Origin: Eledone cirrhosa
Taxonomy: Eukaryota
DNA: 64,000 nucleotides
Assembly (NCBI GenBank): GCA_964016885.1
Contig: OZ024741.1
Span: forward strand, 273,606,001-273,670,000
Reading direction: 5' to 3'
In this document: positions 1 through 13,051 of the stretch, piece by piece
Numbering within the stretch: the stretch's first letter is position 1
Layout of the letters: every line of letters starts with the position of its first letter
Position numbers and translations under genes: made by a program
Notes under the pieces: model-generated
Databases searched by the model: none
What the model was told of the DNA's origin: nothing
What the model saw: the letters and a program-made list of their open reading frames with translations, nothing else

Positions 1-360
1 TTTTACGCTTAATGAGAATGGGGGTGAGTACCAAATAATATTTCTAGTTCTAGTTCTTCTATTAGTTTTAGAGTTTAAGTTAAATTTGTTATTATTACAA
101 TTAATAGTAGGGTTATTTGCCTTATTACTGTTGTCAATGTATTTAATCCTATTTATATTCCCTGCTCTATTTAAAGCTTCATTATAATATTCTGCCTTAT
201 CGTCAAAAATGTTTTTATTAGCGGAGATGCGTGAAATCCGTTGTTGGACAGAATTGACGATAGTGTTCTTGATAGATCTAGGATGGTTAGAGTTAAAACT
301 TACATAGTTTAGATTCTCATTAATTTTATGGAATGGATAGTAGATCCCTGTGTTAAGGTG
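1..360 (-). pseudogene. 5'-truncated fragment of a Naiad-type Penelope-like ORF (RT thumb/linker), continuing off the left edge
   Basis: Minus strand reads ...YYPFHKINENLNYVSFNSNHPRSIKNTIVNSVQQRISRISANKNIFDDKAEYYNEALNRAG...RTRNIIWYSPPFSLSVK, closely similar to the 737-aa ORF at 36997-39210. Confidence 0.9.
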
Positions 361-914
361 GAACTGCTACAGAATTTAAAGTTTATATTATAAACAAAAT
401 TTAAACAACTAATAATCGTAAATACACTTACTATTAAGATATATACTTAGAATATATTTCCCTCAAATTAACGTTATATGAGTTTTATTAATCTTCTCTT
501 GTTTTCTTTCTTCTCTCTCTCTAGCACTATTTTATCCTCTCCTCTTATCTCTTCTCTCTCTCCATAGACTTTTAAATAAACGGTTGTTTTTCAATTATTT
601 ACATATTCATTTGCATATTCACACATAAGTTTGAAAAATCCCTAATATATTTCCACTATCCAGTGAATTTCCAACCGATAAGGTATGATTTTCATGGGTA
701 TGTCTCTATTTATAAAACAAACTTTGTATTTTACCTGATGAAAGCGTATCAATGTGGTCTTGGTACTCTTGAAATATATATAATCGAATAAATATGGTTT
801 TATTAATATAGTTTCCATTTATTTAATATCATTGAATATTTACTCCAGTAAACTGTTGAGTGCTCTAAATGAGTTATAAACATTTATATTTGTTGGACTT
901 CCAACAACCTTCTA

Positions 915-916
<2 letters not shown>
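361..916 (+). mobile_element. Inverted pseudo-LTR of the same Penelope-like element, ending in (TA)n
   Basis: 720-890 resembles the pLTR at 42560-42763 (ttgtatttt..ctgatga..gaaatatatataat..aataaatatggtttta..atagtttccatttatttaata); opposite orientation to the adjacent ORF fragment. Confidence 0.75.
725..790 (+). ncRNA. Type I hammerhead ribozyme motif (possibly degenerate)
   Basis: CTGATGA - stem II - GAAA TATATA TA; homologous to the HHR at 42563-42630; stem I is imperfect. Confidence 0.55.
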
Positions 917-996
<80 letters not shown>

Positions 997-1062
997 TATA
1001 CATATATATACATATATATTCAATGGAGGTGGTCTATTCCGTATGGTCAATCGTAATGTAAT

Positions 1063-1099
<37 letters not shown>

Positions 1100-1103
<4 letters not shown>

Positions 1104-1525
1104 TGTTGTACTTGGGGAGGGTCATATTGTTGTAATAATATTGCCAGGAATAATAACAGAACACTCTCACTGTTTGGTTGGTTTTCGCTTCTGTATCTTT
1201 TTTTTTTTTTATATCTCCATACTTAATTTATTTGACAATCAATGTTTATCATTGACTGACCAACGGTTAAAAATACAGATATAAATATATATATATACAG
1301 TCTAACAAAGTTCTTTCGTTGCCCATTTGCAACATCATCAGTGGTACTATTATCATGTTTCCTCCTATTTTATTGTAATGTTTACGCCATTGAAAAATAT
1401 ATATGAGATACAAAAAAAAAAAAAAAAAGATACAGAAGTGAAAACCAACCAAACAGTGAGTGTGTTCTGTTGTTATTTCTGGCAATATTATTACAACAAT
1501 ATGACACTCCCCAAGTATAACAATA
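1100..1525. mobile_element. MITE-like element with ~120-bp imperfect inverted repeats
   Basis: 1100-1220 is approximately the reverse complement of 1402-1525 (ttgttgtacttggggagggtcatattgttgtaataatattgccag / ctggcaatattattacaacaatatgacactccccaagtataacaa). Confidence 0.6.
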
Positions 1526-1586
1526 TTTGTTTCGGCACGCCATTTCATATCAAAAAGCTTGCAATACAAATTTATCGCCGTATCTA

Positions 1587-1647
<61 letters not shown>

Positions 1648-1698
1648 GGCGATAAATTTGCTTATAAATATAAAGAATGATTAATAAAACAGGTAGAC

Positions 1699-1756
<58 letters not shown>

Positions 1757-1929
1757 GAGACACACACACGCATATATATATGTTTATGTGTTTGTGTGTG
1801 TGTGTAAGTATGGATGTATACATGCGTATATGTATGTGTATGCATATATATATACATGTATATTATATAATTCATATGTATGTCTCTGTATATATATATA
1901 TATATATATATGCGCATGGACATAGAGAT

Positions 1930-2247
1930 AATCGGGCTGGATACCCGATCGCGCGGTTAAACCATTGGAAGTGGAGGACCTTAGCTTTTGTCAGGGCATT
2001 CTTCTAAGAGAAGGCAAGTCAGGAAACTGGGATAACTCCAACATAAAACCTGCGGCTCAGTAGTTACTGAGCAGTTATAGCTACTGTCGCTCAGAGAATG
2101 GGATTGGCTCAGTGCACAGCCTTTCCTCACTTTAAAAAATATCTTCACGCACAGGCTTTGCACGATAGAATTAGAATTAATTAATAATTATCAATAATGT
2201 TATATCGTGCAATGGTCATACTCGATAACGAGGGGGCATCCATCATA
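1930..2247 (+). mobile_element. Short interspersed retroposon (~320 bp); copies at 23228-23522 and 61198-61525
   Basis: Three similar copies (gaaggcaactcaggaaactgggataactcc...ctcgataacgagggggcagccatcat) ending in catcat followed by microsatellite. Confidence 0.75.
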
Positions 2248-2274
2248 TCTACATATATATATATATATATACAC

Positions 2275-2658
2275 TAGGGTAGCCCTTATTTTTCAACTTT
2301 CTAAACGTTTAGCTCTCCCCCCACCCTATCTTGTTCCAATTAACATAAAACCAATCTCTGCAAAACCTTAGCTCAAACGGACCACTGCAAGGCGACCCTC
2401 ATCGACCGTGAAATGTTGAAGTTTTCGCCTGGAAAGTAATTTTTACAGATAAAAACTTTTCATATAATTTTATCTTGAAATAAAAACTTGTTCAGACTTC
2501 TTGGTATTAGAAGGATAAGTGACAATATATATAATGGGGAAGGCAACTTGCAAAGTTGGGGGCACAGCGCAGGTATAGGGCAAACACGGCAATTTTTCGC
2601 TGAGGGAGCAGCACAATTTTAACTTTCAGAAAATTACCTATTGCTAAGGGCCACCTTA
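2275..2658. mobile_element. hAT (hATm-like) MITE
   Basis: Imperfect TIR tagggtagccctta / taagggccacctta; 8-bp TSD atatacac/atatacat; right end shared with 4500-4528. Confidence 0.65.
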
Positions 2659-2723
2659 ATATACATATATCCGTTGTTGACAGCTGAGAGAAATGAGTAC
2701 ACCCTCCCCTCCACATATATATG

Positions 2724-2811
<88 letters not shown>

Positions 2812-2882
2812 TCTCCTTGCTTTCATATTTCTTCCTGCTCCCCTTTTCTCATTGTATTTGTATATAAACAAGTACATAGATA

Positions 2883-3620
2883 CAAGGAGAAAGAGAGAGC
2901 AAGGAGAAAAGGAGAACAAGGAGAAAAGGAGAGCAAGGAGAAAAAAGGAGAAAAGGAGAGCAAGGAGAGCAATGAGAAAAGGAGAGAAAGGAGAGCAAAG
3001 AGAACAAGGGGAAAAGGAGAGCAACGAGAAAAGGAGAGCAAGGATAAAAGAAGAGCAAGGAGAGCAAGGTGAGCAATGAAAAAAGGAGAGTAAGGAGTGC
3101 AAGGAGAGCATGGAAAACAAGGAGAGCAAGGAGTGCAAGGAGAGCATGGAGAACAAGGAGAGCAAGGAGTAAAGGAGAGCAAGGAGGGCAAGGATAAAAG
3201 GAGAGCAAGGGGAGCAAGGAGAAAAGGAGAGCAAGGAGAGCAATAAGAAAGGGTGAGCAAGGAGAAAAGGAGAGCAAGTAGAGCAATGAGAAAAGGAGGG
3301 AAAGAAGAATGGGAGAGTAAGGAGAGCAATGGGAAAAGGAGAGCAAGGAGAGCAAGGAGAGCAAGGATAAAAGGAGAGCTAGGAGAGCAAGGAGAAAATG
3401 AGAGCAAGGAGAACAAGGAGAAAAGGAGAGTAAGGTGAGCAAGGATAAAAGGAGAGCAAGGGGAGCAAGGATAAAAAGAGAGCAAGGAGAGCAATAAGAA
3501 AGGGAGAGCAAGAAGAAAAGGAGAGAAAGGAGAGCAAGGAGAAAAGGAGATTAAGGGAGCAACGAGAGCAAGGAGAAAAGGAGAGCAATGAGAAAAGGAG
3601 AGCAACAAGAGCAAGGAGAG
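2883..3620 (+). repeat. Purine-rich ~9-bp-unit minisatellite (gagcaagga variants)
   Basis: Degenerate tandem aaggagagc units; source of the Leu/Ser/Pro-rich spurious ORFs. Confidence 0.9.
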
Positions 3621-3659
3621 GTTAAGGCAAATATTGCTCAAGTTATGCTGGAAGCAGAC

Positions 3660-4528
3660 AAAGGTTAAAGAATCAACTGAAGAGGTACATTCTGCACCAA
3701 AATGACTTTTCTTCCTTTACAAACATTGAGTTTCCGTTTTTTCTAACTCCTGGTACAAAAACTTTCTTCACGAGATTTTCTATCAGCACCGATTTTCTCG
3801 ACAAAGACCCTTCAACATGGAAGGATGATCCGGTTACAAAAGTGGACTTGAAAAACTTGAGAAGACAGCTGTGAATGATGTTGCAGAAAGAGGTGTCAAA
3901 TGCATTCAGGATTACAATAACATTCTCACAAAAGATGAAACTGAGAAACAATTTGTTTTACAGATTGTTACCGAAAACCGTAAAACTTACCCAACTGCCA
4001 CTAAATCCTCTTTTATGCAAAAACAATTGTTTCTACTTTTGGTACAATGCCAGCAATCACCCAGTACATTACTGGTACTTTATTTTATGCAAAAATAATG
4101 TTCAATATTCAGTCTTCAGTTTTCACATTATGTTTTTGATTCTATAGAAATTATTGTAAATAAAAATGCATTTCTCTTATAGAAAACTTTTACATGTTAT
4201 TTCAGGAATTTTTCAAATTAACTATTGATAAATTTGATTCAGAACGTTTTTAAACATTTGCTGGGGTTGCCTGGATGTGTCCACAATAAATTTCTCTGAG
4301 AAGAAAAAAGAAAATGCTCGAGATAGGGAACAGTATACCGCTTTTGAACAGAATTAATCGCGGCGTATACTATGTTCCAACTTCAAGACGTTTGAAGGTC
4401 GCCTAACAGTTGTCCGATTGAGGTGAAATTTTGTACACCCCGTGTTTTTGTTGATTGAAACAGGATTATGGAATGGGCGCAGCAAAATTTAGTTTACGGA
4501 AAATTACCTATTGCTAAGGACAACCCTA
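3660..4528 (+). mobile_element. Right end of a hAT (hATm-like) DNA transposon with a frameshifted transposase C-terminus
   Basis: FLDKDPSTWKDD then VNDVAERGVKCIQDYNNILTKDETEKQFVLQIVTENRK (hAT C-terminal ER motif); ends in TIR taaggacaacccta. Confidence 0.75.
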
Positions 4529-4538
4529 ATACACACAC

Positions 4539-4680
<142 letters not shown>

Positions 4681-4757
4681 TTATTAAAATAACAGATTAA
4701 AGTTTAAGCAAATAATCGCTGCTTTCTTTGGATTTTAGTCTTCAAATTTATTATTAT

Positions 4758-4831
<74 letters not shown>

Positions 4832-5095
4832 GAGTGTGTGTATGTATGTAGGTATGTATGTACACATGAATGGCTGAACTACACAGATAAAATAGCACCC
4901 AGAAAAGTAATTTAATATATAAAACTTATGATAAAATCTCAATTTAGGGGAGTCAGAGCCACTAAAATAGGTCTAAGTATTAGAGACAAATAACATTAAA
5001 ATTAATATTAACCACTCCTTCATTGTAGAGTAGATTTAGACGGGGTTTTGCTGCTATTTCTAGCGTAATTATAAGCCTGTCGTATTGTCCTAATG

Positions 5096-5192
5096 CAGAG
5101 GTTCTCAAAGTGGGTGCTACTGCCCCTCGGGGGAGTTGAGAAAGTCTAAGGGGACGGTACAGATGTTATAATCGTATATTAAATATCAAATG

Positions 5193-5239
<47 letters not shown>

Positions 5240-5974
5240 GTAAAATATATATATATAAAGTTGTATTCCTGTCTGTTTGTTTGTTCACGAACTCCTCCTA
5301 TGGTTTTGGAGATAGACCCCCATAACCATATATATTCTGAAACTACATTGCCTAGGGTACTTGGATAAGTATATTTCATTTTAATCAAAGGGATCCCCGC
5401 TGAAAACCCCCGCTGAAAATGTTTTCCCTTCGATTTATATGAAATTTAAACCATAGGTAAATGACAAGATATGATGCCTAATCACAAAAGTTTTGAAATG
5501 ATATTCTGAAAAAAAATTATTTACAAGAAACAAAATAAGAGTGAGATTTAATAATGTAATTTTGATTTGATATATTATGAAAAATAATTGTTTCTACTTT
5601 AGGCACAAGGCCAGCAATTACCCAGTGCATTACTACAAAAAATAATGTTTACCAATTTTTCATGCATTACGTTTTACATTGAGTAATATTAAAATGCAGA
5701 GTTTTTCTCCATAAATTATATCACTGATTTAAAATCAATCATCCTTTTCTTACAAAAAAAAAAAAAAAATGTGTGAAACGCAGCAAGGCGCGGGTAATTC
5801 GGCTAGCAAAATATATATTTATTTATACATATTATATTATATTATTTATTATATATAAATTAACGATTTTATTTATTTTATATTAGTTACAATTTGCGTG
5901 TATGCATGTCTGTCTGTAAATAAAGGTGAGGGCGCTGAGGGTATTACGTGGCCCAAACGGTTTGAGAACTTCTG
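5096..5974. mobile_element. hAT/Charlie-like MITE containing nested insertions
   Basis: TIR cagaggttctcaaa / tttgagaacttctg; 8-bp TSD tcctaatg/ttctaatg. Confidence 0.75.
5240..5806 (+). mobile_element. Non-autonomous Helitron-like element
   Basis: atatataaag..ctgtctgtttgtttgtt start and gcaaggcgcgggtaattcggCTAG end are typical of non-autonomous Helitrons; contains a SINE tail fragment at 5586-5635. Confidence 0.45.
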
Positions 5975-5989
5975 TTCTAATGTATAGAG

Positions 5990-6320
5990 AGATTTGTTCA
6001 TTTAGTAGTTCAACATTACAACGTATGTTGGACACCATGCGGTTTCGACGACGAAATTGTCAGTATACTTTATGATCAATATCTCCTCTTGTTCTAAAGA
6101 ATTCACCCCTGATGAAGGAATTAAGTTCTTCCAGCATTGGTTCTTCCAATGAATTAAAATAATCAGTATTGTTTCTTTTATTCACGAAACCGTGGTAGGT
6201 AGACGATTATATGAGTTGGACTAACTTATTTTAGTTGGTCTGACTTATAGTCCCCTGAATTGAGATTTTCGCATAAGTTTAATGTGTTTAATGCGATATT
6301 TTATCTGTATATTTTATCTA

Positions 6321-6327
<7 letters not shown>
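5990..6327 (+). mobile_element. Penelope-like pLTR remnant with a long-stem-II HHR motif (6105-6200); terminal fragments on the minus strand at 4885-4975 and 7085-7172
   Basis: cccCTGATGA ggaattaag...ttttattcac GAAA CCGTGG TA gg; ends in (TA)n; 7085-7172 is the reverse complement of its 3' end. Confidence 0.5.
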
Positions 6328-6371
<44 letters not shown>

Positions 6372-6443
6372 ATATATATAATATGTTGAAAAGGTAACAC
6401 ACTAGAGAGAGATAGTGCGCCATCTATGGCTCCGTTAATTTAT

Positions 6444-6504
<61 letters not shown>

Positions 6505-6642
6505 AAAATATATGCGAAAATATATATATGTATATATTTTTAAGGAGCGATCGACATAACGCATCGCCTGGTCCAGGAATCGAACTCACACCCTCACCAT
6601 TGCGAAGCCAATTCTCTAACCGCTCAACCACACGCCTTCAAA

Positions 6643-6732
<90 letters not shown>

Positions 6733-6974
6733 AAGGCGTGTCGCTGAGCGGTTGAAAATTGCAAACTCGACTGTCACCACATATCATGAACCTGAAGATT
6801 GCGAAAGCATGAAAGTACTTGTTCAATTAACACTTAGAATTTGATATTCTATCATACTATTTCATTATAATACCATTATATATATTTTAAAGGATTGTAA
6901 ATAAAACGAGTAAATCAGACAAAGTTGGAATTCCTCTTATTAATATAATCTTCTATACACAATCATACACACCC

Positions 6975-7089
<115 letters not shown>

Positions 7090-7615
7090 TAGATAAAATA
7101 TACAGATAAAATATCGCATTAAACTTATGCGAAAATCTCAATTCAGGGGACTATAAGTCAGACCAACTAAAATATATATATACATATATATATATATATA
7201 GAGAGAGAGATATATACATATACATATATATATATAGAAATGGCTTCTACATGACTAGAACTGTTTCATTCAAAAGAAATCATCAAATTTCTATATTAGA
7301 CATGATGTTTACACTCCGCTAATGTATTGCGTACCTTACTTACTGTGGTTACTCCCGATAGATAGATAGATAGATAGATATATTTCTTTATTAGCCACAA
7401 GGGCGTACAAGAAAAGGGACAATACAAAGACATGCCGGGGATTTTACATACAGTCGTGTAAAAAATATAAAAACAAACAATTACAACAATCGAAATCCCC
7501 AATAGCGGGGAGGCGCCACAAATGCATTGTTTAATACTCCGTAGATAGAACAACCCTCAACTTCTGGAGCATGTTGTGCAAGTGCTCCTTTCTTCCTTTT
7601 CCTCTCTTCTTCAAC

Positions 7616-10600
7616 CTACAGGCTTATAAACAGTGAAGGCCCAATCACTCGGGCCAGTTTCGCTTCATTCATCCACCTTTCAGTAAATTTACTGGGGTGT
7701 AGTGCCCCTCTCTCCACCCTGATTCTCCTTCTAAAGTGATACTTAAAGAAGGGAATCAATTGTTGTCCTGAGAGAAAGGCATCTGTCCTCAGTCCTCTCA
7801 ACCACGTCCACCATATAACTTCTTTCACCATAGCCACCGTACAGAGGAAAACCGCCTCTCTTTCGTTTTTGAAAAAGGCTGGCGGTTTGATCCTTACTAT
7901 GGACTCGGCAGTCAACTGGATTTGTCCCATACGCGACAGCAGTTGTTCTGAATAGTTCCACAGGTCGGTTACGCAGTGTACAATTGCGTGCAGGACTGTT
8001 TCAATGTCCTGCGTGCATCTTGGACACGTCCTGTTGGAAGGATCCCTGCCAGGGCGTCCATGCCTGTAAATATTGTCACGAACCGGTAGAGCTCCTCGGT
8101 AGCACTGCCAGGCCAGGGACCTCTGGAAGTTGTCCATAGGTCCCGGGCGGAAAGTCCTACCAAACAGACTAGTGAGCTCATCGTCTTCGACGCCCAGAGT
8201 CTCTCCGAGCACGTTGTCGCCCTTTTAACGTATAATCCCTCTATAGAATGTCGAAGTGGAGTCTCCACTGATTGCTGCGCCCGCTTGCCAGAGGACTGTG
8301 AGCACCTAAGCGCATTCAATGTACCAGGCGCCCATCGTTTTCGGTCTTTCTTGATCCAGGACTGCAGCTCCGTCAGCGAGACGAGCTGTGGGAAACCCTG
8401 TTTCACAAACGGTTTCCACACCGGTTGGGGGTCGGTGAGGAATACCTGAAGATGCCGCAGCCTTAGCGCATGTTTGCGCATCATCAGCCACGGCATTCCC
8501 AGCCCTCCGTTGGAAGGGTGCTGACAGCAGACGGATCTCCTCACCAGTGGAGCCTGCTTCTTCCACAGGAACTGGAAGAGCATGCGTTCCATCTAGGCGA
8601 GGTGTTCACGGGGACAAGGCATGACAGTCAAGCGGTAGTAGATGACGGACGCTATGAAAGTGTTCGCCACCTCCGCTCGACCTTTCAAGGATAGTTTGCA
8701 CTCTGCCCACTTCTGGGTGAGTGCAAACACCTTGGCCGTGACCTCGTTCCAGTTTTTCTCCACCTGGAGGTCTGAACCGAACCAGATCCCGAGCAATTTC
8801 ACCGGTCCGTCCGTCCAGCGTCCAACGACGCTGTCGGACGTCATCGGTTTGCCTCTCCACGTACCGAGTTGCAAACCGACAGACTTGTCTGGGTTTAGTT
8901 TTGCTCCCGTCAGCGTTTCGTATTCTTTCAGTAAGTTGCTGATCACCCCGATTTCCGAGGTGCTCGACACCATTACCGTCACGTCGGCATAAGCCGACGC
9001 CGCTTTGCGCAGTCCCGGTTCTTGAGGGATGCACTGCAACAGCTCCAATTTCCGCAGTAGTGGCTATAGAGTCAATACATACAGAATGGAGGAGAGAAGG
9101 CACCCCTGTCGAATGGAACGCGTGATTGCGAACGGCTCCGATAGGTAGCCGTTCACTTTGACCCTCGAGCAGATGCTGGTGTGCATCGCCTCGATCCATT
9201 CTCTGAACACGGGACCGAAACCGGCCTACTTGAGAACAGCTTCCAAGTATGGTCGACCTTATGGAATGCTTTAGACTGATCCAAGTTGATCAGAGCCCCA
9301 CTGAAGCCGGGTTTACTACCCACCCTCTCTATGATGTATCGCATGAGGCGGAGGTTGTCGTGTATGGACCTGGTCGGGATTGCACACGTTTGCGCTTTCC
9401 CTACCAGGTTCTCGACGACAAGCGCCAACCTCGTCGCTAGCACCTTGGCCAAAATATTTAACTCTGTGTTGAGCAGAGTTATGGGCCTGAAGTTGTTAAT
9501 TTCGTCCCCCTTGTTCTCGTCTTTCCTGCAGAACTGGGAATTCTCCCGTTCTGCTGCCAATTGCAGTAGACGGCTTCAAGGACGCCAGATAACAAGTCCG
9601 GCATGCCTATGTAAAACTCGTAGGGTAGACTATCAAGACCGGGTGACTTGCGTTTCCCGCAGCGGCCCAGAGCGTCCCGTATCTCAGTGTCCGTGATTGG
9701 TCTTTCGCAGAACTCGGCGTCCGTGTTCGAGAGACGCGGCAGGCCGTCGAGGTATGAACTAAAGTCCATTGCCCCGTTCGGCTCACCGTCGTTCTGCTCA
9801 AACAGTCGCACAAAGTGCCGCTGAAAGGCTGCGCACATTTGCTTGGGGTCAAGTAGCACGCGTCCGTTTTGGTCTTTCAAAGACTGAATCGTGGACTTGT
9901 TGTCACTTTTTGCCTCCGCCACTCGGGCTCAGCTGACAGCTTTCGCTCCTTCGTTTCCTAGAGCACGTGTTTTGCTTCTGACCACGCAGCCTCCGTGTTT
10001 CGTATCGAAGAACTGGTCCACTCTAGCCGCGTTGCCACTTCTAAGTGCCTCCTCTACCTTAGCTACTAGTTCTCTTTCTATTCTGTTTTTCTCTAAGGCT
10101 AACTCTCTGCTATACCCTATCGATTCTATTCTAATTGCTTTCTTGAGAGAGTACCACCATCTATTGTTGACGATGGCTGTTGCTTGACTAGTCTACTTAT
10201 CCGTTAACTGTAAGCTTTACGTGCCGGCAACGACACGTTCTGCTTCCAGTATCCGGGTCCCTGTCTATGTATTCTATCACGGTTGACTAAGCAGACGACT
10301 AATTTGTGATCTGAATAGGCAACCATGTGCATTCGTGGGCAGCTTAACATCTCCTTGTCCCTTTTTCTAATGAAGAATCTATCTAAATACGATCTAGATG
10401 TCCCGCTGCGGTTTGCCCACGTCCACTGTGGTGCAGTCGGGAAATCCAGTCGATACCTATCGGCCAGTTGGAATTGGCCGATTAAAGTGTTGAGGCTGTT
10501 GCACCCCGCTCTACTGGGACATGCTCCCACATAGTCCCATTGTGTATCTAGGATACCATTCCAGTCCCCCATTAAAAGTAAGGAGCGAGACGTTCCCAGA

Positions 10601-10960
10601 AAAGACTCTAGACGCTTAAAGAAGTCTGGCCGTGATTGCGATTGTCCGGTCGGGGCATAAACGGCCAGCAGTCTGAAGGCTCCACCTCCAATACTGTTCA
10701 CGTCGAGGACTACTAGTCTACCCTCCGGGTCCAAGTGTACTTGCTGTACTTCGACGTCCAGGTTCTTCTGGCTGACAGAGAGATGCCTAGATCTCAAAGT
10801 CGTCGAAGATGGGGGTTAGTTGCTGCCTGTTGTGGATCCTGGACTCGGTGATGGCTATCACATCCATACTGTGTGACCTAAGGTCGTTTAAAAGTTGGCC
10901 CTGTTTCCAGGGCATCCCTAGGCCACGCACATTCACGGTTCCAACTCGTAAACTAGCCAT
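7616..10960 (-). pseudogene. Tx1-type ORF2 (AP endonuclease + reverse transcriptase + Zn finger), fragmented
   Basis: TVNVRGL, AVYAPT, MGDWN, SYLDRF, SDH (APE); KSPGLDSLPYEFY, FRPITLLN, LDQSKAF, AYADV (degenerate YADD), GGLGMP, CPRC..ETVLH. Confidence 0.9.
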
Positions 10961-11001
10961 GTTGGTGAAGAAAAGTTGGAGAAAAAGGACGAAAGGTGCA
11001 C

Positions 11002-13051
11002 TTACCTTTTCGTTTCCTGGAGATCGGGTTGTTCAATCTCCATTTGGGTGCTGGATGGGGTGTTGGGTGGGGTGGGGAAACATTTTAACAGGACGCGGTT
11101 GATGGGTTTGTGGCAGGGGTTGCCCACGTCCTGTGAAAATTTATTTTTTAGGTCATTATAGGTTTCCATAGAAACCCTTATAAGTTTAAGGTGTGGAGAC
11201 GATTCTGCCTTGACGAAAGTTTTGCCCTCCGTCTCCACCTTGGGGTTTTGGGAGATGACCTCCATCAAACTCTTGTTGTTTGTGTTGATGTATGCGTATT
11301 GTTGGTTGTGTTTTTGTTGTGTTGTTTTAGTTTGTTGTTCGTCCGGGAGTTTTCTTTTTATGGTGGGTGCTTGTGTTTGGGGTGGTGTTGGTGCTGGTTT
11401 TGCTGATAGGGGGATGTTTGACTGTGGTGTTGTTTGTGTTGTTGTTTGTGTCTGTGGTTGTGTGTTGGTGTTGGTGATTGGAGTTTTGGGGGTTTTGTGG
11501 TGTCTCTTCTTTGTTTTTTTAGATTTCCGCGGTTCTCCCTCTTCTTCACTTAAAGAAGGAGAAGCAGCTTCATCCGTCGATGAATAATCATCGTCAGGTG
11601 TGTGGGGTAGGGGCATGTTGTGTGGTGGTGGTGTTTCGGTGTGTGTGTTTGTGGTAGTGTTTGATGGAGTGGGATGGAGTGGGGCTGTGTTCTTCAGGGA
11701 TGTTGTCTCTGTTTTTTCTGTTGTTGTTGGTTGAGTGTCTGTTTGTTTTGGTGTGGTTGCCTGTTTCGTCTGTCGTTGTACTTGTGGTGGTGGTGGTTGC
11801 TTTGGTGTTGGTGTTGGTAACAGTGTTTTCTTTTGTATTGTTTTGGTTGGGCGTGTTTGTAAAGGGCAAGAGGCCTTTAGGTGTGTGGTGCTATTGCAAC
11901 GAAAGCAATGTGGTTTTCGTCCCTCAACTATAATGTTTATTTGGCTGTTGTTGTCCACCATCACTTTTTCTGGTATTTTGGAGATTCTTTCGGGGCTCAT
12001 TTGCACCAGAATCACCAAATTTGTACCAGACCAGGTGTGTCTGGTTTACTTTTTGATGGAGAGAATAGTGTCTTTTCTCTCCTCTAAAATTCCTGCCAAT
12101 ATCCACCAAATATTAATATTTGGTGGTATGTTTGAAACTCTAATTTTTTGTGTCCTTTTTCCCAGGTATGTAGGGAAAAGGGTATGTTTTTGTGACAGTA
12201 TTGGCGTCACTGAATATCTTTGTGCAAGGGCCTCGCTTTTGAGGAGTACCGAAATACTCCCGTACTGTTTGGCCCTCTGCATAAAGTCAATGTCTGGCAA
12301 TATCTTTATTAAGGTTGCCTTAATTTCCCCTTGACTGAGGAATGCTGGTTCTTTTGTTTCATTTGAAACAGTTCTGAAGGTGATTGTCTTTCGAAATGTT
12401 TCCAGACGAATTTCTGGGGGTGAGTTTATCTGAAATCCCCCGTTTTCACCGAAAGTGATAAACTCCTTTGCTTCAAAGAGCATCTGTTTCGCATTGGAGA
12501 TATCGAGATCCGTGAAATCTTGTGTCTTGGTGACTGTTTGCGCAAAAGTTTTTTGGTGTTGTTGTTGTTATTGTTGTTGTGGTTGTCGGGTTTTCCGTTT
12601 GTAGTTGTGTCAATGGTTTTATTTTCTGTTGTTTTTTCCGTCTGTTGTACTATGTGTGGTTCTATCTTGTTTTTATTTTTGTTGTTCATATTGGTTTCCA
12701 TGGTGACGCCAATACATGCGGAGTTAGAAGTAACGTTATTATTATTATTTGTGACTGTTTCGGTATAAGTTATTTTTTTGTTGTTGTTGTTGTTGTTGTT
12801 GTTGTCGGGTTTTCCGTTTGTAGTTGTGTCAATTGTTTTTTTCTATTGATTTTAGTGTGTTGTATACTGTGTGGTTTACTGTGCGATTCAATTTTGTTTG
12901 TGTTGTCTACTTCACTTTCGTTACACAAAACTTTGATGTTAACTACCTCGATACAGGCAGAATTTTTAGCAACGTTAAAGTCTATTTCTTTTCTTTTTCC
13001 TTCTTCAACGATCGCTAGCGTTCCTTGAACGCTTGCCATAGCTGATGGCAA
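11002..13051 (-). pseudogene. Tx1-type ORF1 (gag-like nucleic-acid-binding protein), fragmented
   Basis: KIRVSNIPP and CFRCNSTTHLKASC zinc knuckle followed by a T/P/Q-rich low-complexity tail. Confidence 0.8.

Noticed and set aside
869-1925. YI/HT/CV dipeptide ORFs here and throughout the window
   Set aside because: Translations of (TA)n and (CA)n microsatellites.
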